A stretch of 64,000 nt of DNA from Lepidodermella squamata. Lineage: Eukaryota; Animalia; Gastrotricha. The notes below the pieces were generated by a model, which was not told where the DNA came from, did not search any database, and saw only the letters and a program-made list of their open reading frames with translations. Both the position numbers and the translations under genes were made by a program. This document shows, in pieces, positions 52,629 to 64,000 of the stretch; the first letter of the stretch is position 1; each line of letters starts with the position of its first letter. The DNA lies in the NCBI GenBank assembly GCA_047495785.1, contig JBLDXI010000043.1, positions 186,001 through 250,000 on the forward strand, in the 5' to 3' direction.

Positions 52629-55071
52629 ATGGTGCTCTATCTCGTAACATGCATAATCTTAGTTGGTTTAGTCAATGAGACGATGGCTCAAGTGAGGAAA
52701 CCCTACAACATGTCTATATTAGATCTAATCACTTTCACTGGCAACTTTCCTTCTACTGGCGAGGCCTGTAAAGTCGCGTCTCAAATCGCAGTCGATTCAG
52801 CGAATTCCCAAGCAGATTTCCTACCCGACTACCGAATCAACATTCAATTTGACGACGAAATGGGCGGTCCAGCTGCTGCAAGGGCAACTACAGCCTTTTC
52901 GCGAAGTTTCGAAGACAACGGAAGGTCATGGGAGTATCAGTCCCCTGTTATAGTTGGACCTATGTTCTCGAACGCCTGTAAATCAATGGCCCCAGCTTTG
53001 CCTCATTTGTACTCAGCAGCCATCTCGATATCATGTGCCGCACCCTTTCTAACAGATCGAACCATCTACCCGAATCTTTACCTAATGCGATCGACAGGTG
53101 GCGTGTTGACCTATGCCCAGATGCAGTTCTTCAAGAAGATCGGTAACTGGCAACGTATTGGGATCATCACTAATGCTGGAAGTGTGTTTGATTACGCCTC
53201 TGCCGCCGTATTACAACGCTTAGCTCTGGACTATGCGAATGTAGCTGTTCCATACTTTGATATTGTCTTAGAAATGGATGATGAATACATAATTTTACTG
53301 AAGCAAAGTGACGTAAGAATTATCGTCGTGTTCACATCGGTTGCTAGGCTTGTTTGGCGATTCTTATGTCAAGCTCAAAAATTTGGGATAACAGGTCAAA
53401 AATATATTTTCATCCTTCTCGGCATCGCTTATAGTGACCCTATTGGATTGAATGACCCTGTGGTTCCAGGCTGTGCTCGTGCTATCGTGATCGAACAAAT
53501 GAAGGTACCTAGATTACGATTTAGAACTATCTTCTCTTAATCTTTTCTAATTTCAGTACTCTTATTGGACTGCTCCTGTGATGTACACGGCTGAGCCGAC
53601 GGTGAAATCTGATCTTAGCTACAATTTGAATGAATTCGATGAAATGTTCTTCCAACGAACTAATGGAACTAAACCTTACGACTACGAACAGCGAGTACTG
53701 TGCCACGATACGATGATGCAGGGTCTCATAACCCTCGACGTCGCTGAGAAGCGGCTGAAAGGCCTGAATATGTCTCTACGCAACTTGAGGGATAATCCAA
53801 GACTAGTCGGCCGCATTGTGAATGAATCAGCTGTTTCAGTTGATTACATGGGTCTTCGAATGGGCCGAATGCGGTATAACAGTCGTGGCGAGGTTGATGC
53901 TGATGTTCAAATGATTGGCTACTGGACCCCGGAGAGAAGGCTAGAGTACATTTATACTGTCCATCAATTTCTCAACTCATCTGGGTATTCCTACGACAGC
54001 TATTGGATGCGGAAGATTCGAGAGCCTGTATGGATGACTTCAAATAGAAAGCCACCCCGCGATAGAATTTTGGTTCAGCAAGTGTTGAATGAGGTTCCGG
54101 AGGCGGTTTTCTATGTTGTAGTTGTCATAGCATCAATATCATCACTGTTACAAATCTTAACACTATTGAAACTCTTATTCTCCCGTGGCAAGGAAACTGT
54201 TCAGAAAGGTCTAGTTCGTGTCAAGACTTTGGGCTTCCTGGGAGCTTTGATAACAAATGCTGCAGCGGTAATTTACTCGATACCAACAGATAAAAAACCG
54301 TACCAACTTTGGATGTTGAGGATAGTTCTTCTATCGGTTGGTCTTGCCCTGACTCACGGAGTTATTTCAATCCGAGCTATCATTTTCTCATTCAAGCTCT
54401 ACAAATTCCAAATGCCGAGCCATGTTTCGATTGCTAAGCCTAATAGTAGGATTGCCGGAACTCGTTACCTTTCAAAAGGTGGGGGACAAAGTGAATCGGA
54501 TTTAACGAATTTATCTCAGGCACGACCTTCAAGTCAGTCTTCATACCACGCTACTAGACATTCATCGACACATCATGTCAATCTCACGATGGAAAATATT
54601 AAGTCCATTGATGAGCTGTGCTCACTATGGATTCTGGTTTTCGGCCTAGCAAATGGAGCTATAGTTGGTTTTTGGCTTAATGGCGATCCCTTGCAGTGCT
54701 TTGTCGGGAAAATGCCGCCACGCTTGATAGAATCTGAGGATAAGGTAATCGAAACTTTGTACACAACTTGCCAATCGGCTAAGAATCACTCATCATGGAT
54801 TCTAGCTCTAATGGGGATTAATATCACGATTCTAGTTGCTGGGGCCTTGGCTGCGTTCAAACTGCGCATAGCAAATGGCGCTAAGATTGTCCCAGAGTTT
54901 CAGTTTGTAACTATGGGCATCATTAACGCGGCGACCATCTACCTAGGCTCTCTTTTGATTGTTGTAGTTTTGCGAGATATAGTCGGTCAAATCATCGCTA
55001 TTGCATTCACATCGTTGATTCTGTCGGCTACGTCTTCCGCGACGTGGGCGTTCCCCCTGTATCGTTCCTAG
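52629..55071 (+). CDS. GABA-B-like class C GPCR E (exons 52629-53504, 53557-55071; ~796 aa)
   Basis: Signal peptide, VFT, 7TM; same intron; both exons open. Confidence 0.9.
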
Positions 55072-56033
55072 CACGAATGAAGTTGGCGTGGCCCGTAATA
55101 GGATGAGACGACAGCTGGAACGTCAAAAGAGTCCGCCAAAACTACAGTTTGACCTTACGTAGCTACCTAGAGTTGAAGTGTCCAACTTATCTAGTTGACA
55201 AAACTTGACAATAAAATTACAGATGTATGTCGTATATAATGTCGACTTCTATGTAATGTTAACTTTGCACATAGCAATAGCGCCCATGTAATGTTGATTT
55301 TCATCCTGATTTTTCAAAGCCTAATCCCAACATGACCACAAATCGAAGTTGGCATCGAGGAGTTTAATATTGATATTTGATATTGATATTTTCAAAGACT
55401 AAAACTAAATCACTAAACTTTGGAAATGATCGATTTTCGAAAATCGATTGCGATTGATATCTTTCGATTTTTGACGATATTTTGCACCCAAGTGAAAAAC
55501 AAAAAAAACAAATTTTCGAATTCCTCGATGCCGACGCTAATTTGTGGTCAAATTGGGATACGCCATATATATGATATATACGCCATATATATGATTATTT
55601 GTATAAAATCGAAACGTCAGTATGGCCAGAAGTTCGAACATCAGTAATTCAGTGTCTCTGCCTTTTGAGTTAACGCTGTTTCTGTTACAATTATGGTTGC
55701 TGCCAGCAATTTTCACCAATGTTAAGAATGTAAGCTCTGATCAACGGAGGAACCTTGCGGGTAATAGCTTGCGGCAACCCTGGTGAATACGTGAATACGC
55801 AGTTTCCGCATTGATTCTTGGTCGTAATGGCCTGCTCTAAATACAGTGTGATTCAGAAAGCCCGCCCTAACCACAATTATTATGTTTTCCCTCTTATGTG
55901 TCCAAAAAATGTGTCCAAGTCCGCGCGTGCCAACTCACAAGTTTCCAAACACAAAACACTAAACTTTTAAGTTAATGCTAGTGTGGTAGTTTCGTCGTTT
56001 CGTCACCATGAAGAAAAAATATTTTGTTAAATG

Positions 56034-56262
56034 TTGAGCTGGAGTCGAACTATCCAACCTCTGGTTTCCTGAGCTATAGCTTGAACCACTAAACCACACA
56101 GGAGACACATGGAACCCGTGTTAGAATCAATTTACATAGGTCAACGTTAAAGCATACTTCAACAAAACAGATACACACGATATTTCGATAACTTGCTCGC
56201 TTATAGTGGTTCCAGCACTAGCACTCGAAACCAGAGGTGTTGATAGTTCGACTCCAGCTCAA
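56034..56262. repeat. Inverted pair of tRNA-derived (SINE-head-like) sequences
   Basis: tagtggtt...gaaaccagagg..gatagttcgactccagctcaa (A-box- and B-box-like) at 56204-56262 and its reverse complement at 56034-56092. Confidence 0.6.
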
Positions 56263-57148
56263 ATCATTTTTTTTATTTTTTCCAAGTTTTTCAGTCTTTT
56301 GGAAGTTTTTATTGCCAGGTCTTTATTGCCGGGATGCTCAGAATTTTATTTTTTCTCAAAACCTTTTGAGGAAATTTTTTGAATTTTGAAAATGTTTGAA
56401 TTCAGCTGAATTTTCAAGTAGTCACTAAGTGGAAGCCTACTATCGGATGATGGCGTTCATCCATGAGACGGGGCTGCGGGATTGAGAAGAGGAGGATGAT
56501 ACCCCCATCGATCACTGCCTAATGGAATTCAAACTGCCATATGAAAATATTCTAGCCAAAGCAGTGCGTTAAGAGCTGCACTATAGAACGCGGCGGCGTG
56601 TCAAAAATCAAATTCAGAACAAGAATTCTCCATCGGTCAGCTCGGCTGCGAGCAGGTTAAGAAGTCAACAAGATTTGCTAATGGACGCAGTCCTGTTCGA
56701 CTTCACATGGCATATTGCATACTTTGACGATTTTCGGCTTAGATGCACATCGGGCCCGGAAATGTGCTGCTTAGATGCGTGACTGTGTTTTGCTCGTTTT
56801 AAAACAATACCGCGCTCAGTTTGATTTCGTTTGGAGAGCTGCATTTCGTTTGAGTCGATAAAACAACCAAATCTGATCAGCCTTCACCATGTCAGCAAAC
56901 AGCACTTCAGCGACACTTACTTAATATGACGAACTTTATATCGGCCGTTTAAATTGAAAAAATTCCGAGAAACAAGATACAAGATATTTAGGTAAATGTG
57001 TAAAGTAACGATAATGACAATTCCTGCTCGTAATTCGAAACTGATAGAAAGTTCTGATAGTTCTATACACAGACGCCTTTCCGGCTTTTAACTAAATGTC
57101 ATGCCAGCATGCGACAAATTGAACGCATTTTAACATTCATTTGCAAAA

Positions 57149-60077
57149 ATGCATATTTTCTCAATAATTGTCTTACTGATTGAGTGTTCTCAACCAACCC
57201 TGGCTCAGAAAACCTACAATCTATCGCTGTTGGCGCTAATGGGCTTCACGGGTAATCCACCTGCTTCAGGAGTTGCCTGCAAAATCGCCACTGACATCGC
57301 TATCAACGCAGTTAACAATCAGTCGGAGATTCTACCCGACTATCGCATCATAATACAATACGAGGATGAAAATGGTGGGAATCTGGCAGCCAGAGTTGGC
57401 ATAGGCTACAGTCGAAGTTATGAAAATCAACTTAAATCCAACGTTCTGCAATCGCCTGTCATCGCTGGCCCGAATTTTTCGAACGGCTGCAAGATTCTTG
57501 GTCCAGCTTTGCACGAAATAAACTCCATAGGCATCACTAGATCGTGCTCGGCTTCTTTCCTAACAGATCGAAGTATCTACCGCAATTTGTATTTGATGCG
57601 ATCAACAGGTGGATTTGTCACGTTCGCACAAATGAGGTTCATCAAAGATGTCGGAAAATGGCAACGAATTGGAATCATAACTAATGTTGGCACTGTTTCT
57701 GACTACACCTCGGCTGCGATTCTACAACGTCTCGCTCTCGACCAGGGAAATGTCTCCGTGCCGTATTTCGACATAGTAGCTGAAATGGATGACGAATACT
57801 TTGTGGCGATGAAGAAGAGTGACATCAGGGTTTTTGTTGTCACTACAGCAGTTCGCACGCTTGTTTGGAGGTTTTTCTGCCAAGCTCACAAATTTGGCAT
57901 GGCTGGGCCGAGATACGCTTTCATTCTTTTGGGTATAGTTTTCAGCGACCCCACAACTCTACCGGACCCTGTGGTGCCGCAATGCAGCCGAGCAGTTGTA
58001 ACTGAGCAAATGAAGGTATGTTGACCTATTTCGTCGTGCGCGCAGAATAAAAGCGTATTAATCAAACGTTGAAAATGTGATAATTAATCAAACTATGTAC
58101 CAGTAAAATTGTTCATCTCTTCTTTATTTACTTTTTCGAAATTTTAGCGTTTTTCGAAACAACTTTTTGCGCTAGAGGTAAAATTGGACATGGCACATTT
58201 TACGCATTTTAAGTGAGGAGGGGAAACATGCTTAGCGGATGCCTCGGGTTCGATTACTTCGCACAAAGAATGTTTGATAGATATCAGCCTCAATATTGTC
58301 AAACAAATAATATTCCATTAACTAGCTAACATTAATAGCTGCGAAACGTGCTTCCGCTTTCATACATCAAAACACGTCTTAGCCACCCCACCTATTTCCT
58401 CCCCAAAGCTGGGTTCACGGACTCGCGATTTGTCGTCCGGCTGAGCTGCGCGGCAAAATCGGTGTCGCGCACTTGTTCAAGGACAGATTCATTCGCGCGA
58501 GAATACCATATATTCATTCGACAGCGAATTTTTTAGATTTTAATTTGGTATTAAAGGCTTAATATAACATATTTCTATTCGAAATATATTCACAGCACGC
58601 GTTTTGGACTGCTCCGATCCTATCCACAATGGAGCCCAATGCAAAAATTGTACTAGGATACAGTTTGTTGGAATTCGATGCTGTGTTCGATCGTTACGCG
58701 AATAACACGAGACCTGTTGACTATGAACAACGCCTTGCTTGCCACGACAACATCCTTCAGGCTGTCCTAACACTTCACGAGTCCGAGAAAGTTCTGAAAA
58801 CCCAGAATCTATCACTGCGCAATATGCGGGACCAACCAGACCGCGTCATGCGAATCGTAAACACAACAGCGCTTTCTATCGATTATTTAGGACTGAGAAT
58901 GGGTAGACTGAAGTACAACGATAAGGGAGAGGTTAAAGACGTCTTGATGGTAAGCCAGTGGACACCCAAGTCAGGCTACCAGATGTTGTACACGGTCAAT
59001 CAGTACCCTAATACATCAGACTCCATTCTTTCGAGCTACTGGATGAAGAAATATCGCGATCCTTCATGGCAAACGCTGGATGGTGTGCCACCTAAAGACA
59101 GGGCTAATTTGAAACTGGAAGTCGACGAGATTCCAAGAGAGATTATCTACGTAACTGGTCCTATAACTGCTTTATTAAGCCTAATTCAGATTGGGGGAAT
59201 CTACAAGATTGGAAAGATGGAGAAATCGGATCAATAAAACTTTTTTAAGCTGAAGATCATGGGGATGATAGGAGTTCTACTCATGAATGCTGCTTCGATC
59301 GTGTTCTCACTGCAAACATCAGTATCGCCTCTGCTTCTTTGGAAGCTTAGAATAGTCCTATTAGTCCTGAGCTTTGGACTTGTGAACGGAAATCTCAACG
59401 TACGCCCCTTTTTCATTTCTATTAAAAATGGGAAAGGAGGAACCTCCTCAAAAGTAACTTCTGCTGTAGAAACTTCAGTCGGGAGTCCCGTGGCTATACG
59501 AGGGACAGCCATGCGAGTGATAAGCATTAAGACTAATTTCGACGAGCATGGACGATTCCGCCCCAAGTCTAAGATGGCTGTTACAAATATGGAGCAGATC
59601 GATTTGGGAGCAACAGATGAGTTGAGCTGTGCATGGGTGTTGATTTTCACGCTAGTTAACGCCGCCCTTGTTGGATTCTGGTTACTCAGCGATCCTCTGC
59701 GCTGCTTCATCGCCAACGAAGCTCCAGATTACATCTTTGATGGCGATTTAGTCATTAAAACGTCCTACTGGGTATGCGAATCAGGCACAAATCACTCGAA
59801 ATGGCTGGCGTCACTCCTAGCTTTCAATGCTGCTCTTCTGTTAGTTGGATGCATCTTCACCTTGAGATTGAAATTTCACAAACGGTCTACCGTTCCCGAA
59901 ATGAAGCCCATGTCTCTTGGTTTGGCAAATTTCGCGTCAATTTTTATCGGTAGCATTCTCATTGTTGCCGCTGTTGATGGGATCGTCGCCAAGGAGATCA
60001 CTATAGCTTTTGCTCTATTTTTCACATCAGCTACAACGTCTGCGGTTTGGCTCTATCCGCTTTATGCCAAAATTTGA
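57149..60077 (+). CDS. GABA-B-like class C GPCR F (exons 57149-58015, 58596-60077) with one in-frame TAA at 59235-59237
   Basis: Closest paralog of B; ORFs 58629-59237 and 59259-60077 are in the same frame; no other lesion seen. Confidence 0.8.
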
Positions 60078-61810
60078 AGAGGTTCCAAGCATGCCTCTGA
60101 CTATGTCAAGTTGAGATATGAATGAAGTCTGACTATGATGAAATATTGTTTGATAAGATGTTGGGTGCATCAATTTTCTTCAAATTTGGTATTCAACGAC
60201 ACGTCATTCGATACAATCGTTCAATTATTTATCAAATTTTGAGAATGTATCGTCTAAAGAATCTCACGCCCGGCATCGCCATCTAAATGTATTTAAATGT
60301 TATTGCATAAATAAAAAACCTAGTGAGCATTCAAGACCTCAAACCTCAAACATTCGAACCTTGACCCAGTTAGCGACTTGAAAATTTGAAAATGCGATTC
60401 GAAATTTCGAAATTGTAGCCCATGTTTCCTCAATTTTACGAGGCTTTGAGGCATGTTTTAGTGGAAAATCTTAACAATTTTCTCGCTTCGCTCGTTTTTT
60501 GGTTCTAAAAATAGCATGTCATTTCGGCATATTTGGAAGCTTAAACTCTACCTGAGCTTCGGACAGTCTCAACCTACTGCCTACTGTAAAGAGAGATGAA
60601 ATGCCTCATTAAATGTTCGCGCTCTGGTTACCCATTTTTATGCTGCCCATTTTAAACGGCTACGCGTTCCCTTGATTCAGGAAGGATTCAGGCGCGATCA
60701 ATCGATAATTCTTCATGATATGCATTGCGACACAATGTAAAAGGTGAGATCAACATCTGCTTCAAGCCTTTAATTTGCAAAATCTATAGTTTGCTTGAAC
60801 GACACTGCCAATAGTCTTGAAGCGTTATCTAAACACACGAAATCAACCCACTGACAACTGACAGTCGAATAACCTATGCTATCGATTTGAACGTCATCGA
60901 AAAACTTGCTCATGCTTGGGCTTTCAATTACATCCTGATTCTTCCCGCTGTTGCATAAAATCAAAATGTAAGATCGCTTCTTTTACGCCATCTCGCGAGT
61001 TCTGGGGTAAATTATCATAAAACTCACGAATTCGATGCGTACAATTTTATCCGAAGAATATTACCCAAATTTATTACCGTCGATGTTTCTTTTTTTTCGT
61101 CGGGGCGCGCTGCGGAAGACTTTCATGCGCTACTATTGTTGTGTCCGCGCGCCAAACTCGCTCGGGGTTTCAGATCGGGGGGAAGTTTCATTTCTCTATG
61201 GCTATAGAATAATCCTTTAATATCCTCAATTTTTGTATGCCTCAAATTACATGTAATTGTCACCAATGCGCACAAATGTTCACTTTTGAGCGAGGTAACT
61301 ACCAACCACCAACCATAGACATAATCAGTCTATGCTACCAGCTAATCATTTGTAACAACGAATATTGATCTGTCATATAAAATGAAGATCCAAGTTCAAT
61401 TTAGAACAGTTCCCTGATAACCCAATCATTATTGAAAAGAAGAACCTGAAAATTAGTTCTTTGTAACTGGCTAGTTGAGGCGAATAAAATATGCAAGAGT
61501 GGCGCACGCAGGACCTGCCGAATGCGCCCCTCATGTGCACCCGGGGAAAGGAACCACGAACCACTGGACTAGGGTGTTTCGATTACATTATTGTTGAGCA
61601 GGTCATTGGTCATGAAAGCAGGAGCCTTGGTCAAGACGGCTGCGGCAGTTTCCTTCCCAGAACAAGGCATTCAAGCTCCCCTTGAAATTTGGACTGCTCG
61701 TATTGTCCTTCTAAGCTTATCCTTCGCCCTGACTACATAATAGACCCATGAACGTTTATCATTGAAATTCAAGGGGCTTCGGTTTGCAGATGGTTTGAAA
61801 GCAGGAAATT

Positions 61811-63625
61811 GCACATTTACGGATCCGCGGTGGTTTCCTCCGGCCGCTAAAACGATGTGAAAGGCAATTTTTCAATAACAATTATTTGCTCGCACACTAT
61901 TGGCCGGTTCAAAAATTAACGCGGTAACCGCACTAATGCCACTGTGAAACAAAACAACCGTTGACTTTGCAGATTTGTCACAGATTTGTGGCTAATAGTC
62001 AAGACCGACGCAAATATTAAGAAACACATTCTCACAAACTGTAAAAAATGACTTTTAGCGAAAATTATCCCACTAAGAAATTTGTAAATTTCGAACGAAT
62101 TTCTCAAATTTAACAATCAGTTATTGGAGAAAATAAACTAAGGCTTAGATTTGCAAGCAATTTGAACTATTTATATTCAAAAAATATCACGCCTTGGCAT
62201 AATTCGAAATTATAAAAAATTACCCATTATCAATTTTCGGTTTTTTATCGATGGTCACAAATTTAGTTATAATTTTCCATTGGATGTTGGAAAGTATACT
62301 ATCCTATTTTTTTTAATTTCCAGAGCTCAATTTTGTCGCCCATTTTTGTCGAAATAACCGTAATGCCCATTCATAATTTTGTGTAGTAGTGACCTAATTA
62401 ATTATTATGCGGAGTGTTTGCGTGGTGCAAAACAAAAAATAGTGAGAGCAAATTTTATTGCTATGTGATATTGCTACAGCAGAAAAAAACGAATGAAGCC
62501 ACGAAAGGATTTGCCTGTACATGCACAAACGATTTTGCACAAAAGACACTGCACAAAAATACTTGCACAAAAGACATTGCGCAAACACACTTGCACAAAA
62601 TTTTTTGCACAAACGCGATTTTTCTAGCTAGTTCGATTCGTCTTTGAAAATGACATACAGGGAATATATATTCATGTATTCACTTATAAAATATAGGGAA
62701 GTAGTTTGATTTGAAACGTGTGATTTGTTTCAAAACGCAGAGTATTTTTATACATCGAACTTATGTTAAACTACTAATTCATCTTTTATAAGGGATTATG
62801 CGACTATGTTATATTCCCTGTATGTCATTTTCAAAGACGAATCGAACTAGCTAGAAAAATCGCGTTTGTGCAAAAAATTTTGTGCAAGTGTGTTTGCGCA
62901 ATGTCTTTTGTGCAAGTATTTTTGTGCAGTGACTTTTGTGCAAAATCGTTTGTGCATGTACAGGCATACCCACGAAAGCAGCGCGAATGAACGTAAACCG
63001 CCATACTGTAATGACAGTAATGACAACCTCACCCTTGAATAACGAAAAAAATTAATCTCGGTTTTATTAAACATTTTTTTTTATATATTCCAAGTCCGCC
63101 TGAAAAAACCGGGTTCAGGATTGAAAATAGTGATTACAAGCAGCCTTTTGATTTCATTATCGAGTGCAGCTGAATTTTGCGTCCAGTTTTCAGCGATCCC
63201 AATTGATAATTATTGTTGAATGTTTTGGCGATCGAGTTGGGTGGTTTTTTCTAATTTTCAGCAAGGAGTCAAAGGCGTCAATAATGTTGACATTTGAAAT
63301 TAGGGTAAAATTCACAACCTCTGCTCATTTTTTCAATTATTGATTTCACTGGATTTGGGAATTTTTTAGGAAAAATGTTTCAATCATCCGAAGAAATTCA
63401 CTTTCAACAGCGTCTGAAAATGAGTCTCTTATATTTGCGCCGGTCTGCATTTTAGCCATGAATTAGCCAAGTCGACGGTTATTTTGTTTCGCAGCGGCAT
63501 TAATGCGACTCCCGCGTTTATTTCTGAATCGGCCAATAGCGTGCGAGCAAATAATTGTTAGAGAAAACTAGCCTTTCACAGTGGTTTAGTGGCCGGAGGA
63601 AACCACCGCGGATCCGTAAATGTGC
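61811..63625. mobile_element. Mutator-like (MULE) non-autonomous element with long TIRs and a 9-bp target duplication
   Basis: CAGGAAATT|GCACATTTACGGATCCGCGGTGGTTTCCTCCGGCC ... GGCCGGAGGAAACCACCGCGGATCCGTAAATGTGC|CAGGAAATT; inverted similarity extends >200 bp. Confidence 0.88.
62508..62969. mobile_element. Foldback element nested in the MULE: ~155-bp near-perfect arms with TGCACAAA subrepeats and an 8-9-bp TSD
   Basis: CCACGAAAG on both sides; 62512-62668 is the reverse complement of 62810-62966. Confidence 0.88.
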
Positions 63626-64000
63626 CAGGAAATTCAATGACGCTTTTCGCCGTATAGCTAGTGTCGCGGATGTAAAAACATTTTAAATAGCGAAGACAAT
63701 AATTTGCTTGAAAATCGATATTTGGCGTTCGAATCTTCGCGAAAATCACGCTGAATGGATCTTCGCCTAGCTGACGGCGCTTATTATATGCATTCAGCGC
63801 ACCTCGGCTTAGTGCGCTGATCTCGCGATTAGAATTTTAGCTGACTTTAACTTGATGTTACTCGGCATCAATAATTCAAAGACGGTTTTTCTTGCAAGTC
63901 TTTCCAAGTGCGACACTGAGGAAATTTCGATTGCTTTCGCAGCTCTTAATCCCTTTTTGCCAAACGTTGAATCGAAGAAGACAAAGGAAATACATGTTTA

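Larger units (their letters stand above)
61630..63960 (+). pseudogene. Fragment of a D-like GPCR 7TM region (G), split by a MULE-like element
   Basis: ccccttgaaatttggac..cgtattgt and ttcaaggggcttcggtttgcaga match 51260-51385; aatcacgctgaatggatcttcgcct at ~63745 matches 51782. Confidence 0.8.

Noticed and set aside
56204-56262. Functional tRNA gene
   Set aside because: Could not build a complete cloverleaf with an acceptor stem; present as a diverged inverted pair
39213-60077. Assigning GABBR1/GABBR2 gene symbols
   Set aside because: Too divergent, tandemly expanded and lacking the coiled-coil tail; only family-level similarity is supported

Overview
Eukaryotic (invertebrate-type) genomic DNA with very short GT-AG introns (often 40-60 nt, many TTTCAG acceptors); the organism cannot be fixed from sequence alone, although the astacin EGF module looks nematode-like. 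The window is an interleaved two-family cluster. (i) Minus strand: three apparently intact ~13-exon genes (8739-12221, 20055-23748, 35984-38720) plus four relics encode secreted astacin-like + EGF + CUB + kringle + unrecognised Cys-rich proteins. After manual splicing, their astacin domains lack the HExxHxxGxxH zinc/catalytic motif, so they are predicted pseudoproteases. (ii) Plus strand: seven GABA-B-like class C GPCR loci (Venus flytrap + 7TM, no Cys-rich domain, almost no C-tail). Four are intact, one has a single in-frame stop, one is a pseudogene and one is a fragment. The two families repeatedly lie head-to-head (492 bp between ATGs at 38720/39213). Also present: a duplicated 3-exon calmodulin-like gene with degenerate EF loops, a decayed LINE, a recent inverted duplication of exons, and many non-autonomous TIR elements (mariner-, CACTA- and MULE-like, some nested). 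All gene models were spliced by eye and no database searches were run.
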